A stretch of DNA of 64,000 nt from contig CAVRBU010000005.1 in assembly GCA_963719315.1 (NCBI GenBank), positions 159,135-223,134 on the forward strand, in the 5' to 3' direction. Position numbers and translations under genes: made by a program. The notes below the pieces were generated by a model. It saw only the letters and a list, made by a program, of their open reading frames with translations. It was not told the origin of the DNA and did no database searches. Positions 51,983 to 61,875 of the stretch are shown here, in pieces. The stretch is from an uncultured Planctomycetota bacterium (GTDB lineage: Bacteria > Planctomycetota > Planctomycetia > Pirellulales > Lacipirellulaceae). The stretch's first letter is position 1. Each line of letters opens with the position of its first letter.

Positions 51983-53665
51983 CTAGTTCACATAATGCGG
52001 ATGCCACATTGCGCCGCTAACAAGCGTTTCAATTGAATCGCCCGATAATTCGACGCCCGGCGACTGACTTTGGACCTCCCGGATGACCGCCTCGGCAATC
52101 TGAGCGGCCACCGATCGGAGCTCGCTTTGGTCTGGATAAATCGCACCGACTTCAAGTCGGCTTTGTGGCACCATTTCTGCCAGTCGCCGGGCCGCCGTGA
52201 GAAACACGCAATCTTCAACAACTCGAGCACGCGAGAGGATGCAGCCCAGTCCCACGCCGGGAAAGACATAGACATTATTTGCTTGCCCGATTACATGGAG
52301 CTTCTCCCGGCAGCGAATCGGTTCGAATGCCGATCCTGTGGCAATGATCGCCCGGCCATCCGTCCAGCGAATTGCTTCCGTAGGAGTACATTCGACCTTG
52401 GATGTGGGATTGCTAAGCGCGAAGATTATCGGCCGCTCCACGTGTCTGGACATCTCCCGCAGCACATTCTCACCGAAGATCCCTGGTTGCGCGGTCGTGC
52501 CGATCAGAACCGTCGGTTTCACGCGGGAGATAACCTCTGCCAGGTTATGTTCTTCGTGATCGGTAAATCCGTAATGGGCCAATACCTTCCTGGTCATTGC
52601 AAATTGGCGTTTGTGCGCGTCGGCTATGTCTCGTCCTTCATGCACTAACCCATAACTATCAACAAATATCTGCGCCTCGCGCGTGCGCGATTCGTCACCT
52701 GACTCCGCGATCATTGCCGTCGCGATTAAACGCCCGATACCAACTCCTGCCGCGCCGGCACCAACATACACGATTCTTTGCTCCATAAGCCGTCCGTTCG
52801 TGATACGAAGTGCCGTCAAGAGACCAGCGAGCACGACCGCGGCCGTTCCCTGTATATCATCATTGAAACTTAGCACTTCGTTGCGGTAACGATCCAAAAC
52901 CTGGAAAGCAATGTCACTGTGGAAATCCTCCCATTGCACCAGACAGCCTGGAAAGACGTCCTTGACCGCAGCTACAAAAGCGTCCAGGACTTTCCAGTAT
53001 TCTTCGCCTCGAAGTCGTCGTTGCCGATAGCCCATGTAATAAGCGTCACTTAGAAGTTCGGCGTTATTGGTGCCGACATCAATGCTGACCGGCAGACAAT
53101 GGCTGGGGTGAACTCCCGCCGCGGCGCAATACAAGGCCAACTTGCCCACCGGTATGCCCATGCCGCCCGCGCCTTGATCCCCGAGACCCAGAATTCGCTC
53201 GTTGTCAGTAGCGACGATTAGACGTATCTCGGAAGATGGCGCATTGCGCAATATCTCGTGCATACAATCGACGTCGTCGGGCGTAATCCATATGCCGCGC
53301 GGATGTCGCAGGATGTGACTGTATTGCTGACATGCATAGCCGACTGTGGGCGTGTAAACGATCGGCAACAACTCCGCGAGATTCTCCGTAAGCACGCGGT
53401 AGAACAGCGTCTCATTGCGATCTTGCAAAGCGGCCAGGCCGATATACTTCTCCAAGTCATCGGACTTGGCACGCAAGTGTTCCAGCTCCAACAATACCTG
53501 CTGCTCAATGGTCAGCGGCGTTGGCGGGATCAGGCCTCGCAGCCGCAGTCGGCTGCGCTCTTCTTCTGAAAAGGCCGGCCCTTTATTGAGCAGTGGATTT
53601 CGAAGTAGGGGAACACCGATCTCTTGCTGTCTGTCGGTTCCAGAAAGTTGATGTTCGCTGGACAT
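51983..53665 (-). CDS. NAD-dependent malic enzyme
   Basis: [57 protein letters not shown] motifs. Confidence 0.95.
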   Translation of the reverse strand: MSSEHQLSGTDRQQEIGVPLLRNPLLNKGPAFSEEERSRLRLRGLIPPTPLTIEQQVLLELEHLRAKSDDLEKYIGLAALQDRNETLFYRVLTENLAELLPIVYTPTVGYACQQYSHILRHPRGIWITPDDVDCMHEILRNAPSSEIRLIVATDNERILGLGDQGAGGMGIPVGKLALYCAAAGVHPSHCLPVSIDVGTNNAELLSDAYYMGYRQRRLRGEEYWKVLDAFVAAVKDVFPGCLVQWEDFHSDIAFQVLDRYRNEVLSFNDDIQGTAAVVLAGLLTALRITNGRLMEQRIVYVGAGAAGVGIGRLIATAMIAESGDESRTREAQIFVDSYGLVHEGRDIADAHKRQFAMTRKVLAHYGFTDHEEHNLAEVISRVKPTVLIGTTAQPGIFGENVLREMSRHVERPIIFALSNPTSKVECTPTEAIRWTDGRAIIATGSAFEPIRCREKLHVIGQANNVYVFPGVGLGCILSRARVVEDCVFLTAARRLAEMVPQSRLEVGAIYPDQSELRSVAAQIAEAVIREVQSQSPGVELSGDSIETLVSGAMWHPHYVN

Positions 53666-53913
53666 TGCAAGATTGGCGCTCTGGTTGCTCCAATCCGAAT
53701 ATGATGCACCGGAAAGAGCCGAATCGGTAGTCGAAAGCAGACGCCGTCATTAAACAGCGCTCCAGACGCCGTTGCAACAGAGCGAAGCGCTGGTTATTGC
53801 ACGCCAGAACGACACACTTGCAGAAGTCCGCAATATTGACCGGCAGACATTGTCGCGTTCTGTTTTCCGAAGATGCGCTTCATGCCCCCCAACCACTCAG
53901 GCGGAAACCCGGC

Positions 53914-55008
53914 CTAAGGCTTTTCAAACGCCACGTGTTCTTTATGACCGTTGCGAATGTGGCACTGAACGCACGTACTCGCAGGTTTTCCATTGCGAAT
54001 CGTGTTGCGTGCAACCTGCTCCAATTTCCGACCGAGCGGCGGACTACTGATGAATTGCTTGTTGAATAGCACGTGTTCAAGTGCCGGACCGTGGCAGGAC
54101 TCGCAAGCTACTCCGATCCAATTTTTGTGTGAATCATCACTCGTATGTGGGTTGCTCACGACTGAGTTAGCGTTGGGGTGGCAATTCCGGCAACTCGGGT
54201 CGTTCGAGTACTTACTCGGCAACATCTTTGACAAGGCGGAGTGCTTTTCGGCACTCCATTGTTTGTACTGGTCATAATGACAGCCTCCGCAAGTCTTGAT
54301 GCTATACCGCGTGGCGGAATGCATTGTCGCTGCGGTAGTAGTCCAGCGAGGCGAGACGGACATTGCCGGATAACACACAACGACAAGAGTACTCCCAACT
54401 CTCGCGGGTAACGCTCCGTCGTACGGCGGATGCTTCTGGTGGGCCTGTATTGTATGGCACGAGGCGCAAACGGTGTCCGGCGGTGTCTTCACGATCATAG
54501 ACCGCATCTCCTTTTCAATTTTTGCTTCCTCACCCGGGTTCGCCAACACAAAACGCTGCGCGGCATCTACATGTTGAGCACCCGGCCCATGACAAGCCTC
54601 GCAGCCGACCATTAGTAGGTCTTTGTCCGAACTAGAAGCGTAGCCGCCTTCTTTACCAAATCCTGTGAGATGGCACTTGAGGCAACCGGAGTTGCTTCTG
54701 TACTTTTCCGGTACATCAGTAAACGCGTGTGAGTGCTTGGTTTCTGACCACGTATTCGTCTGCGGACGGTGGCAAACAAAGCACTTATTTGTGCCCACAT
54801 AGGATTGCTGTGCGCCCTGCGACGGAGATTGGTCCGGTGGGGCAGTTACAGCGGAGGCAGCGCTCGTTCCTTTATCGGAGAGCACTTCAGCCGGAGGCAA
54901 ATTGGGATTCGGCGGGCCACCCAATGCGGATAGAACGAAGCGCGAAGCAAAGAAAATTGTAACCACCACGCAGATCGGGCTTAATCTACGTGTGCAATTT
55001 CTAAACAT
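53914..55008 (-). CDS. Octaheme cytochrome c (two tandem c554-like domains)
   Basis: CFVCH, CLKCH, CEACH, CASCH, CGGCH, CRNCH, CESCH, CVQCH; signal peptide. Confidence 0.88.
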   Translation of the reverse strand: MFRNCTRRLSPICVVVTIFFASRFVLSALGGPPNPNLPPAEVLSDKGTSAASAVTAPPDQSPSQGAQQSYVGTNKCFVCHRPQTNTWSETKHSHAFTDVPEKYRSNSGCLKCHLTGFGKEGGYASSSDKDLLMVGCEACHGPGAQHVDAAQRFVLANPGEEAKIEKEMRSMIVKTPPDTVCASCHTIQAHQKHPPYDGALPARVGSTLVVVCYPAMSVSPRWTTTAATMHSATRYSIKTCGGCHYDQYKQWSAEKHSALSKMLPSKYSNDPSCRNCHPNANSVVSNPHTSDDSHKNWIGVACESCHGPALEHVLFNKQFISSPPLGRKLEQVARNTIRNGKPASTCVQCHIRNGHKEHVAFEKP

Positions 55009-55595
55009 GGCGGTGTTCCTAGATTCGATCCGCAGATTTTGGATAGTCGTATTTTAATTAATGCTTACCGATTTTCCACATTTTCCTCGAGTTGCTCGTC
55101 AACGCCAAGATTCCGCTGACTTTCTATTTCGCCTAGGGCCATTTCTGCGAGTTTCTTTTTAACCTTCGAAGTAGTGCGACCCTGTGTTTTACCGCGACGC
55201 CGGCCAGCTTTTGCCCGGCGTTTTCGCTTATGTAGCACGTTCCGAAGTGAAAAATAGTGACTCTCAGCGAGCACCGTGAGAATTTGGTTGCCGGCCGAGC
55301 ACGCTATGATACTGCTCGGTCCGCCGTAAAATCCTCGTGCGGCCGATTATGTCATATGGCGCAAAATCAAGCGTTCAATCAAACTTGTGCCCGACGACGC
55401 CTTCGGCTGCGTGATCGCCAAGCTCAGTACGATAATCGGCGCGCATACTTCGGCCAAACTTCTGCCAGCGGCACGGGCACTAGCGCGAACACCGCAGTGC
55501 CCGACCGGTGAGCATGGTAATGCTTATCGCGCTGAGGAATGTCTATTTGCCCTCGCCGATGGGTGCGAATTCGATCCGGCCAATCGGCCATCAGT

Positions 55596-56036
55596 TTATG
55601 CGGCAGCCAGCAACCTCGGATGCAGGCGCGCCGCGACCGTTCCTTGCGTCGCATGCTCGCTGGCCCGGATGTGATCGAGCCGCCAGCCGCCAGCGCAGTC
55701 AGACGTGCGACGTCGGTTTAGCTTGCGACTGATGGGCTTAGCGGTCACATGGAGCGTGTTGGGCAATTCGCTTATCTCCGGCTCAACCTTCATCTGATCG
55801 ATGATTCTGATCACGCCGGCTACCCGTCGGCAGCACTCAATACACAACCACTTGGCGTACCGCGTCGGCAATTCGCCACTCACGGCTACGACGCCGCCAT
55901 AGGCGTCCGGCCGAACATGGTCTGCCCCAGGCACACCTCGCTGATACAAGAAGTTGGCAAGCCGATCTTCCAACTCACGATCCATGTTTGCCAAGTAGCG
56001 TGTCGAGACCGGGATGCGAGTTGTTTCAGTAGTCAT
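55596..56036 (-). CDS. BON domain protein
   Basis: D..LE..L....GVVAVSG.LPT...K......RRVAGV..IID...V; SD AAGGAGG before ATG 56036. Confidence 0.7.
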   Translation of the reverse strand: MTTETTRIPVSTRYLANMDRELEDRLANFLYQRGVPGADHVRPDAYGGVVAVSGELPTRYAKWLCIECCRRVAGVIRIIDQMKVEPEISELPNTLHVTAKPISRKLNRRRTSDCAGGWRLDHIRASEHATQGTVAARLHPRLLAAA

Positions 56037-56588
56037 GGTGACCTCCTTCCTGGAATGGCAGCAATGGGCAACCATAAGCCCAACGCCGCAGATCGTCCTT
56101 GATATGGCCCCGCTGTCGGATGTTCGAGGACGACGGCCGAAGAACTCAGCCAAGAGAAGTCGCGAGCCGGCTACTGAACTCTGGGCCAAGCATTCTACCA
56201 GGTTGGTCGCGACACGCGTTGGGCTTACGTCGAAAACTAGCCGTAGGCGTGTGACCGCCTCCATCCTCCTATATCGACTTTTCATTGGGCCCACAAGCAA
56301 TGATATTCGCGAATACAGAAACCACTTCGGCCGTTGTGCTTCTTTCGCATTCGAGTAAAAAGTCGGGCGGCCATTGCCCTACAAAACGCTCAATCCGATA
56401 AATGGCTGCTGTTGCCAGCTTGCACGCGGAGTTGCCTTCATGCTAGTCGTCGGAGCGCAAGGTACAGCACTAGTGTGCCGAACTGAACCAGTTGTGCGGC
56501 GTCGCACACCTGTATCCACTAATGTATCCAGCAGTCAGGCGGGGCCTGGAACCGAAGATTGCGGTCGCAAATTGTGGCCGTTGCTCGG

Positions 56589-56783
56589 CTACCTTCGCAA
56601 TCCCGGGGTCAACCCCCAGATAAAGACCATGAGCCCAGCGAGTCCCAGCGGAATGCCGATAGGCAGCAGAACCATCGTAACACTTAAGCCCACACCCAGC
56701 ACCATCATCACCACTCCGCCAACGATTGCCACCAAGTGAAATGCGATGCTCTCCGGTTTCTTACCCTGATCGTTATTTCTCAT
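56589..56783 (-). CDS. Small 2-TM membrane protein
   Basis: 64 aa, two hydrophobic helices, SD GAGGGGAG. Confidence 0.65.
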   Translation of the reverse strand: MRNNDQGKKPESIAFHLVAIVGGVVMMVLGVGLSVTMVLLPIGIPLGLAGLMVFIWGLTPGLRR

Positions 56784-57018
56784 TGTCTGACTCCCCTCTG
56801 GATATATGAGGTCTTGTCGGCCACTTCGAGTCTAGAGCGTGCCGCTTGTGAGACGGCTACCTACCCTGGGCAATCCCGAGCTAGAAATGAGAGCAGTTTG
56901 CATGCCAAATTCGCCCTTATTAATCCACGTCTTAACCGTTCCGGCTTTGGGCGGGGCACGCCGCCGTAGAATGGTATTATCATGTTGCAGTCGAACAGCT
57001 GTCTGAAGGAGGTGGGCC

Positions 57019-57225
57019 GTGACATGTATTCACTTGCAATCGCTTTACAAACTTTGCCAGGAACAGGAACTGAAGCTCGGCGGGTCGGACTTGATCCGCG
57101 TGGTGTGCCGTCAGTGCGGCGTACAGGAAGTGTGTCCGTCTACGCTGACGGATGAGTACGATGCCAAACATTCGCCACCGGTTATCGATACGAAGAAGAA
57201 GCAAGTGGACGATTTCGACCAGTAA
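57019..57225 (+). CDS. Small Cys-rich hypothetical protein
   Basis: SD AAGGAGG before GTG; C..H...L..LC, CRQC...VCPS. Confidence 0.7.
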   Translation: MTCIHLQSLYKLCQEQELKLGGSDLIRVVCRQCGVQEVCPSTLTDEYDAKHSPPVIDTKKKQVDDFDQ

Positions 57226-57389
57226 CGAATCGACGGCAGATTGAAGCCGCCCAGCCGGTTTGGGCCATGGAGCGTTCTAGTTTAGATGTGCACCGCGAGC
57301 GAGACAATTCATCAACCCACCGATCTAGGAATTACATGTATACTCCCCTCCGTTCACCCATTGTTCATCGCTCGACTCGTCGCGATAAG

Positions 57390-57530
57390 ATGCTGATGTA
57401 TGGTTTTGTTGTCAGCGTCATCGGTCTTCCAATCGGAATCATCCTTGGCCTGCCCGTCGTCTGGAGCTTGGCCATCCTCGGGATCCTCATTGGCGGATTC
57501 AAATTGGTGATGAGACGTCCCCGCAAGTAA
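57390..57530 (+). CDS. Small 2-TM membrane protein
   Basis: Hydrophobic ORF ending RRPRK*; start uncertain. Confidence 0.45.
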   Translation: MLMYGFVVSVIGLPIGIILGLPVVWSLAILGILIGGFKLVMRRPRK

Positions 57531-57633
57531 TGGAAGTCGCCAATCTCAATCTTCTTGTCGCGGGAACCGCCGCGCGGTGAGGTGGACCCCATTGGTTGGG
57601 CGCCCAATAGGGTTGAATAAGGTAGTGGGGCTG

Positions 57634-57671
57634 GCGGCCCGCAAGACCCCTCACAGGTCTTGCGCGGCCGC
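57634..57671. other. 38-nt hairpin shared with the IS21 end (61750-61787)
   Basis: GCGGCC-C-GCAAGACC-cctcaca-GGTCTTGC-GC-GGCCGC. Confidence 0.8.
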
Positions 57672-57696
57672 TGCAGCGGTTTAACTTTCTGATGTA

Positions 57697-58205
57697 CTAA
57701 CCAGCTATCAAATTGTTGCGCACGATTTCAATTCGTTTTTCGTCTGACGGCGGCCCGTCGCTTGAGCCTCGCTCGCGATAAATCTCCCATGGGGTGCGGT
57801 AGCCGAGCGCCTGATGGATTCGTTCGTTGTTGTAGAAGCGGAAGTACGCCGCCAGCGACGCGTCGGCTTGCCAGCCGTCCACGTAATCCTTGAGGTACAC
57901 GTCCTCGTATTTCACACTCCGCCACAGCCGCTCGACGAACACGTTGTCGATCGCCCGGCCGCGGCCATCCATGCTGATCGCCACGCCGGCAGCCTCCAGC
58001 CGCGACGTGAACGCTTCGGCTGTGTATTGACTCCCTTGGTCGCTGTTGAAGATCTCGGGCTTGGTCTGCGTGAGCGCTTCGTCGAGCGCCTCCATACAGA
58101 AGTCGCCGGTAAGCGTGTTCGACAAGCGCCAACTCAGCACGTAGCGGCTGTACCAGTCCATCACCGCCGCGAGGTACAAAAACCCGTGACGCAGCGGCAC
58201 GTAGG
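57697..58205 (-). CDS. IS3 OrfB 3' exon (integrase core)
   Basis: (T)YVPLRHGFLYLAAVMDWYSR, FNSDQGSQY, DNVFVERLWRSVKYE, YN.ER.HQALGY.TP. Confidence 0.92.
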
Positions 58206-60047
58206 GTTGAGTAGGCCGGGGGAATTGCACCCCCAGCCCCTCCCAGAACCGGACGTGAACCTCTCAGCTCATCCGGCTCCCATCACTTAAACCGCATGGG
58301 AATACTCCAAGCTTCCAGTGAACGAATAGCTGCGGATGAGCACGCGCATACCGGTCGAGGCTTTGCTTCGCCCGTTGCCAGTGCCGTGAAAGTTTCTTGG
58401 ACTTTCGCCGCACCCATTGCACAAGATACCGATTGAAGTTTCTCCACAGTTGGCGGAGCGCCGAGGGATAGAACCGACCATAATAGGCGTTCCAGCCTTG
58501 CAGTATCGGGTTGAACATCCTCGATAGATCCGACAACGTCTTCTCGTTTTTAAGCTGGATATGCCAACTGCGAATGTGCCGGTTGATCTCCTTTTTCGCG
58601 GAGCGGCTGATCGCAGGCAGGAAGTTCGGATGCAGTTTCCCTTGCTTGTTCACGCATCGTCGAGGACGGAACGTGTAACCGAGAAAGGTGAAGCTGATCC
58701 GAGGGTAGTCTTCCTGGCGATTGACATCCTTGCAATAAACGATGCACGATTTGTCGGGATGGATTTCCAACCCACACTGCCGAAAACGCTCTGAGATGGC
58801 TCTCATCACGTACTCCGCTTGACGCCGACTTTTGCAGTGCAGCAGTCCATCGTCGGCATAGCGACAAAACGGAATCCTGGGCATCTCGCGCCTGACCCAC
58901 GCATCGAAGGCATAGTGCAGGAACAGATTGGCCAGAATCGGGCTTACCACGCCGCCTTGCGGCGTCCCCTTGTCGCGTGCCGTGAGGCTGCCATCCTGCT
59001 GTTGGAGCGGAGCCTTCAACCAGCGCTCAACGTACAACAGCACCCATCGGCAATCGCAATGATGGCGCAAGGCCCTCCTGAGCATGTCGTGACTGATGTT
59101 GTCGAAGAGACCCCGGATGTCGAACTCCACTACCCAGTCGTATTGCCAACACCGTTTGCGGGTGACGGCAATGGCGCCATGGGCACTCTTGCCCGGTCGG
59201 TAACCGAAAGAGTTCTCATCGAATACCGGCTCCAAGATCGGTTCCAGAATCATCTTCACCACGGATTGCGCGATCCGGTCGGAGACAGTGGGGACGCCGA
59301 GGATTCGCGTGCCGCCCGACTTCTTGGGAATCGGGACGGCTTTGACCGGCGGTGGAAGGTAGCTTCCGGAGGACATTCGGTTCCAGATTCGATAGAGGTT
59401 GTTCTTCAGGTTGCGCTCGAAGTCTTCGAGCGATTCTTGATCCACTCCAGCGGCACCTCCTTTGGATTTCACTTCCAGATATGCTTGCCATACCAGTTGC
59501 TTGGGTATCGCAAAGGGTTTTGCTACGTTCAACGGCTCCTCCTGCATGGCAGTTGTCCGGTTGTCTGTAGCCCGAGTGACCAAGCTCCTTCGCTCCACCG
59601 CCGTTACAGCGGCTTCGTCGCTACTACGAGCTTGTCCGCCCCTGTCGCGCGCATCGATACGATCAGCCTCGCAGGGTTTCTGCTTGTGCTTTTCTCTTAA
59701 CATCGCTGCGACAGGTTCCCGCAGTTCAACATGAGAGCCCGGATCAAGCTCACGCCACCTCTATGCCGGGCGCCGCCTGGCCAGTAGGCAGGTGTCCGCC
59801 AGACTTGTCCCAGGGCAACATCAACTCCCCGGTTTCGACGCCATCTACAACTTTCGACAATTGAGCGGTGGTTCACTTGCGTTCGTCTTCTTGATCCACA
59901 CCTGACGCCTCAAGGACGCCTTTTCCGTAACGCTCACGACCGTGGCTTTTGACCACAGCCGCTTACGGCGGTTTGCAACCCGCTCCTGTAAGCCGATTGC
60001 GGGAGGCCATAAATCTCCCATCTCTCATGCCGCTTGCTGCGGCACAC
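58206..60047 (-). mobile_element. Group II intron (bacterial class D/IIB-like), 1842 nt
   Basis: 5' GTGTG at 60047; domain V GAGCCGGATGAGCTGAGAGGTTCACGTCCGGTTC; domain VI ending ...CTACTCAAC at 58206; splicing restores WASDI/TYVP. Confidence 0.93.
58264..59547 (-). CDS. ltrA: Group II intron reverse transcriptase/maturase (no endonuclease domain)
   Basis: GAAGVD, R.LGVPTV.DRIAQ, SFGYRP, GTPQGG..SP.LAN, RYADD, FLGYTF, GW..YY maturase; start 59547 or further upstream. Confidence 0.93.
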   Translation of the reverse strand: MQEEPLNVAKPFAIPKQLVWQAYLEVKSKGGAAGVDQESLEDFERNLKNNLYRIWNRMSSGSYLPPPVKAVPIPKKSGGTRILGVPTVSDRIAQSVVKMILEPILEPVFDENSFGYRPGKSAHGAIAVTRKRCWQYDWVVEFDIRGLFDNISHDMLRRALRHHCDCRWVLLYVERWLKAPLQQQDGSLTARDKGTPQGGVVSPILANLFLHYAFDAWVRREMPRIPFCRYADDGLLHCKSRRQAEYVMRAISERFRQCGLEIHPDKSCIVYCKDVNRQEDYPRISFTFLGYTFRPRRCVNKQGKLHPNFLPAISRSAKKEINRHIRSWHIQLKNEKTLSDLSRMFNPILQGWNAYYGRFYPSALRQLWRNFNRYLVQWVRRKSKKLSRHWQRAKQSLDRYARAHPQLFVHWKLGVFPCGLSDGSRMS

Positions 60048-60430
60048 TGATGTCGCTGGCCCACACCTGGTCGGGCCGCGCGACCTCCACATTCCGCAGT
60101 AAATACGGGTAAATTTTGTGTCCGGCGCCGGGCCTGGTGGTCCGCCGCTTCGGATAGATCGCCTCGATGCCCATCACACGCATCAACCGTTGGATGCGCT
60201 TGCGGTTCACTCCCAGCACTTCCGAGAGCTTGCGGCTGCCGTAAAACGGCGTCCGCAAATACTGCTCGTCGATCGCACGCATGAACGCCAGGTTCTCGGC
60301 CGATTCGCCAATCGGCTGGTAGTACCACGTGCTTCGTGCGAGCCCCACTAGCTCGCACTGCCGCGCGATCGTGAGCTGTTTGCGTTCCGTTTCGATGCAT
60401 CGCCTCAGTCCTTCAGTTGAGCTCGGCAGC
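60048..60430 (-). CDS. IS3 OrfB 5' exon
   Basis: IARQCELVGLARSTWYY...PFYGSRK...NRKRIQRLMR.MG..AIYPK...YPYLLR...PDQVWASDI. Confidence 0.9.
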
Positions 60431-60703
60431 TTTTTTTTTCAACCACTCGACTTCCATCTTCAGCCGGCCGATCTGCTCGTAAAGCTCCTGGTCATTGGCC
60501 GTGTCCTCGGCCGCTCGCTTGCCGCGGCCGTCTTCGAACAACTCCGGAGCTCCCTCCAAGAGTTGCTTCTTCCAGGCCGTGATCTGGCCCACATGCACTT
60601 CATACTCAGCCGCCAGTTGAGCCGTGGTCTTGTCGCCCCGGCACGCCGCCAGTGCTACCTTCGCCTTGAACGCACCGCTAAAACTCCGTCGCTTCCGAGC
60701 CAT
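60413..60703 (-). CDS. IS3 OrfA
   Basis: RRSFSGAFKAKVAL...LA.EY.VH..QI..WKK...LY.QIGRLKME.EWLKKK; A9 run at 60431-60439. Confidence 0.92.
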   Translation of the reverse strand: MARKRRSFSGAFKAKVALAACRGDKTTAQLAAEYEVHVGQITAWKKQLLEGAPELFEDGRGKRAAEDTANDQELYEQIGRLKMEVEWLKKKAAELN

Positions 60704-60783
60704 CCTCCGAACCTCCTGATAGGCCATCCCACAGCGGGGATTTTATACCTTATCAGGGCGCCCAGTTTTTGGGGTCCACCTCA

Positions 60784-61166
60784 CACCGCTATCTTTTCCG
60801 TGTGCAATCAAATGGCGATTCGCCACTAGACTGTCAATGTGATCCTTTACAACACCGTCCGTCCTAGTTTTAAGATCCGTCTCCCAATCGCCATTAAAGG
60901 AGCCCACGATTTTCAAAATATTTCCGTGCTTCGGGCTCTTGAGGACGATCGAGTCTTCTCCGAACATAGGTGGTGATCTCAGGTGCAGCACGCCGCAATA
61001 CATATTCAGAATAGATCGCAGGGACAGCGACTTCCAAATACCCACATGTCAATACGCAAAGATATTTTGCCCAATGCGATTGCAATTCATCATCGACAAT
61101 TGCTTTTGCCTTCTCGAAAAGATCACCGAGCCGATCTTCGTATCGCACAATTGAAATCGGCCTCAT
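60784..61166 (-). pseudogene. HEPN-like nuclease (MAE_28990/RiboL-PSP type), frameshifted and truncated by IS3
   Basis: YLCVLTCGYLE and SLVANRHLIAHG (Rx4H HEPN motif); ATGA overlap with the upstream gene. Confidence 0.7.
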
Positions 61167-61683
61167 GGAACATTCGCGAAGGCGTCCTTTGCAAGTTGCA
61201 CGCGTCGCTTAACAGAAGCCTCATCGGCTGTCGACTTCTTGTAGGCAGCGATAAATTCTCCATCTTCCAAAAGTAAATCGTACTTGACCTTGATTTGTTG
61301 GATGTCCTGTATCGGGCTGGCTCCCAATCGCGCGTTTATTCAGACCATTACTGCATCAAACACGGCAGCATTCAGGGACGATACAGGTCTAAATGCCCTT
61401 TTACCTACAGCGTTAACGACAGTGTCAATCGTCCTTTTGAATTCCAGAGTCAGTTGACTGCTGGTCAAATCAAGATCAAGGTCTCTGTGGTGCCCCATGA
61501 ATTTGTTCAAAAATCCTTTCATGGGCCGTGAATAGGCTTGGAGCGCATGGGACAACGCGAAAAAGCGCAGAATTAGCTCTTGGTCTTTCATTCGAGCGCT
61601 TGCTTTGCCGTAGACTTCGCGGCAGGGCGAATACTCATTTAGCTCCCTCAACAGGTCGCAGAAAGCGCCATGATAAACGCACG
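61163..61683 (-). pseudogene. C-terminal part of a DUF262-family protein, truncated by IS21
   Basis: RMKDQELILRFFA..MKGFLN.FM..LNAAVFDAVM; ends ..AKDAFANVP* coupled to the HEPN gene. Confidence 0.65.
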
Positions 61684-61749
61684 TGGAGATCGGCATTGAA
61701 ATGGGACCCACCTGGGCGTTGAATCTGGGCCCACCTGGTTAGTTGGGGA

Positions 61750-61787
61750 GCGGCCCGCGAGACCCTTCGAAGGTCTCGCGCGGCCGC
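61750..61787. other. 38-nt hairpin shared with the IS3 end (57634-57671)
   Basis: GCGGCC-C-GCGAGACC-cttcgaa-GGTCTCGC-GC-GGCCGC. Confidence 0.8.
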
Positions 61788-61875
61788 CTCCGTTAGTTCA
61801 CTTAATGGGTTAGAGTAAACTCTCCATTTTGTTCGCGCGATTTTGCGAACGTTTTGCCGACGGGTCGCCCGAAAG

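Larger units (their letters stand above)
57578..60783 (-). mobile_element. IS3-family insertion sequence containing a group II intron
   Basis: Terminal IRs TGAGGTGGACCCCA (57578) and TGGGGTCCACCTCA (ends 60783); orfA and orfB inside; no target duplication. Confidence 0.92.
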
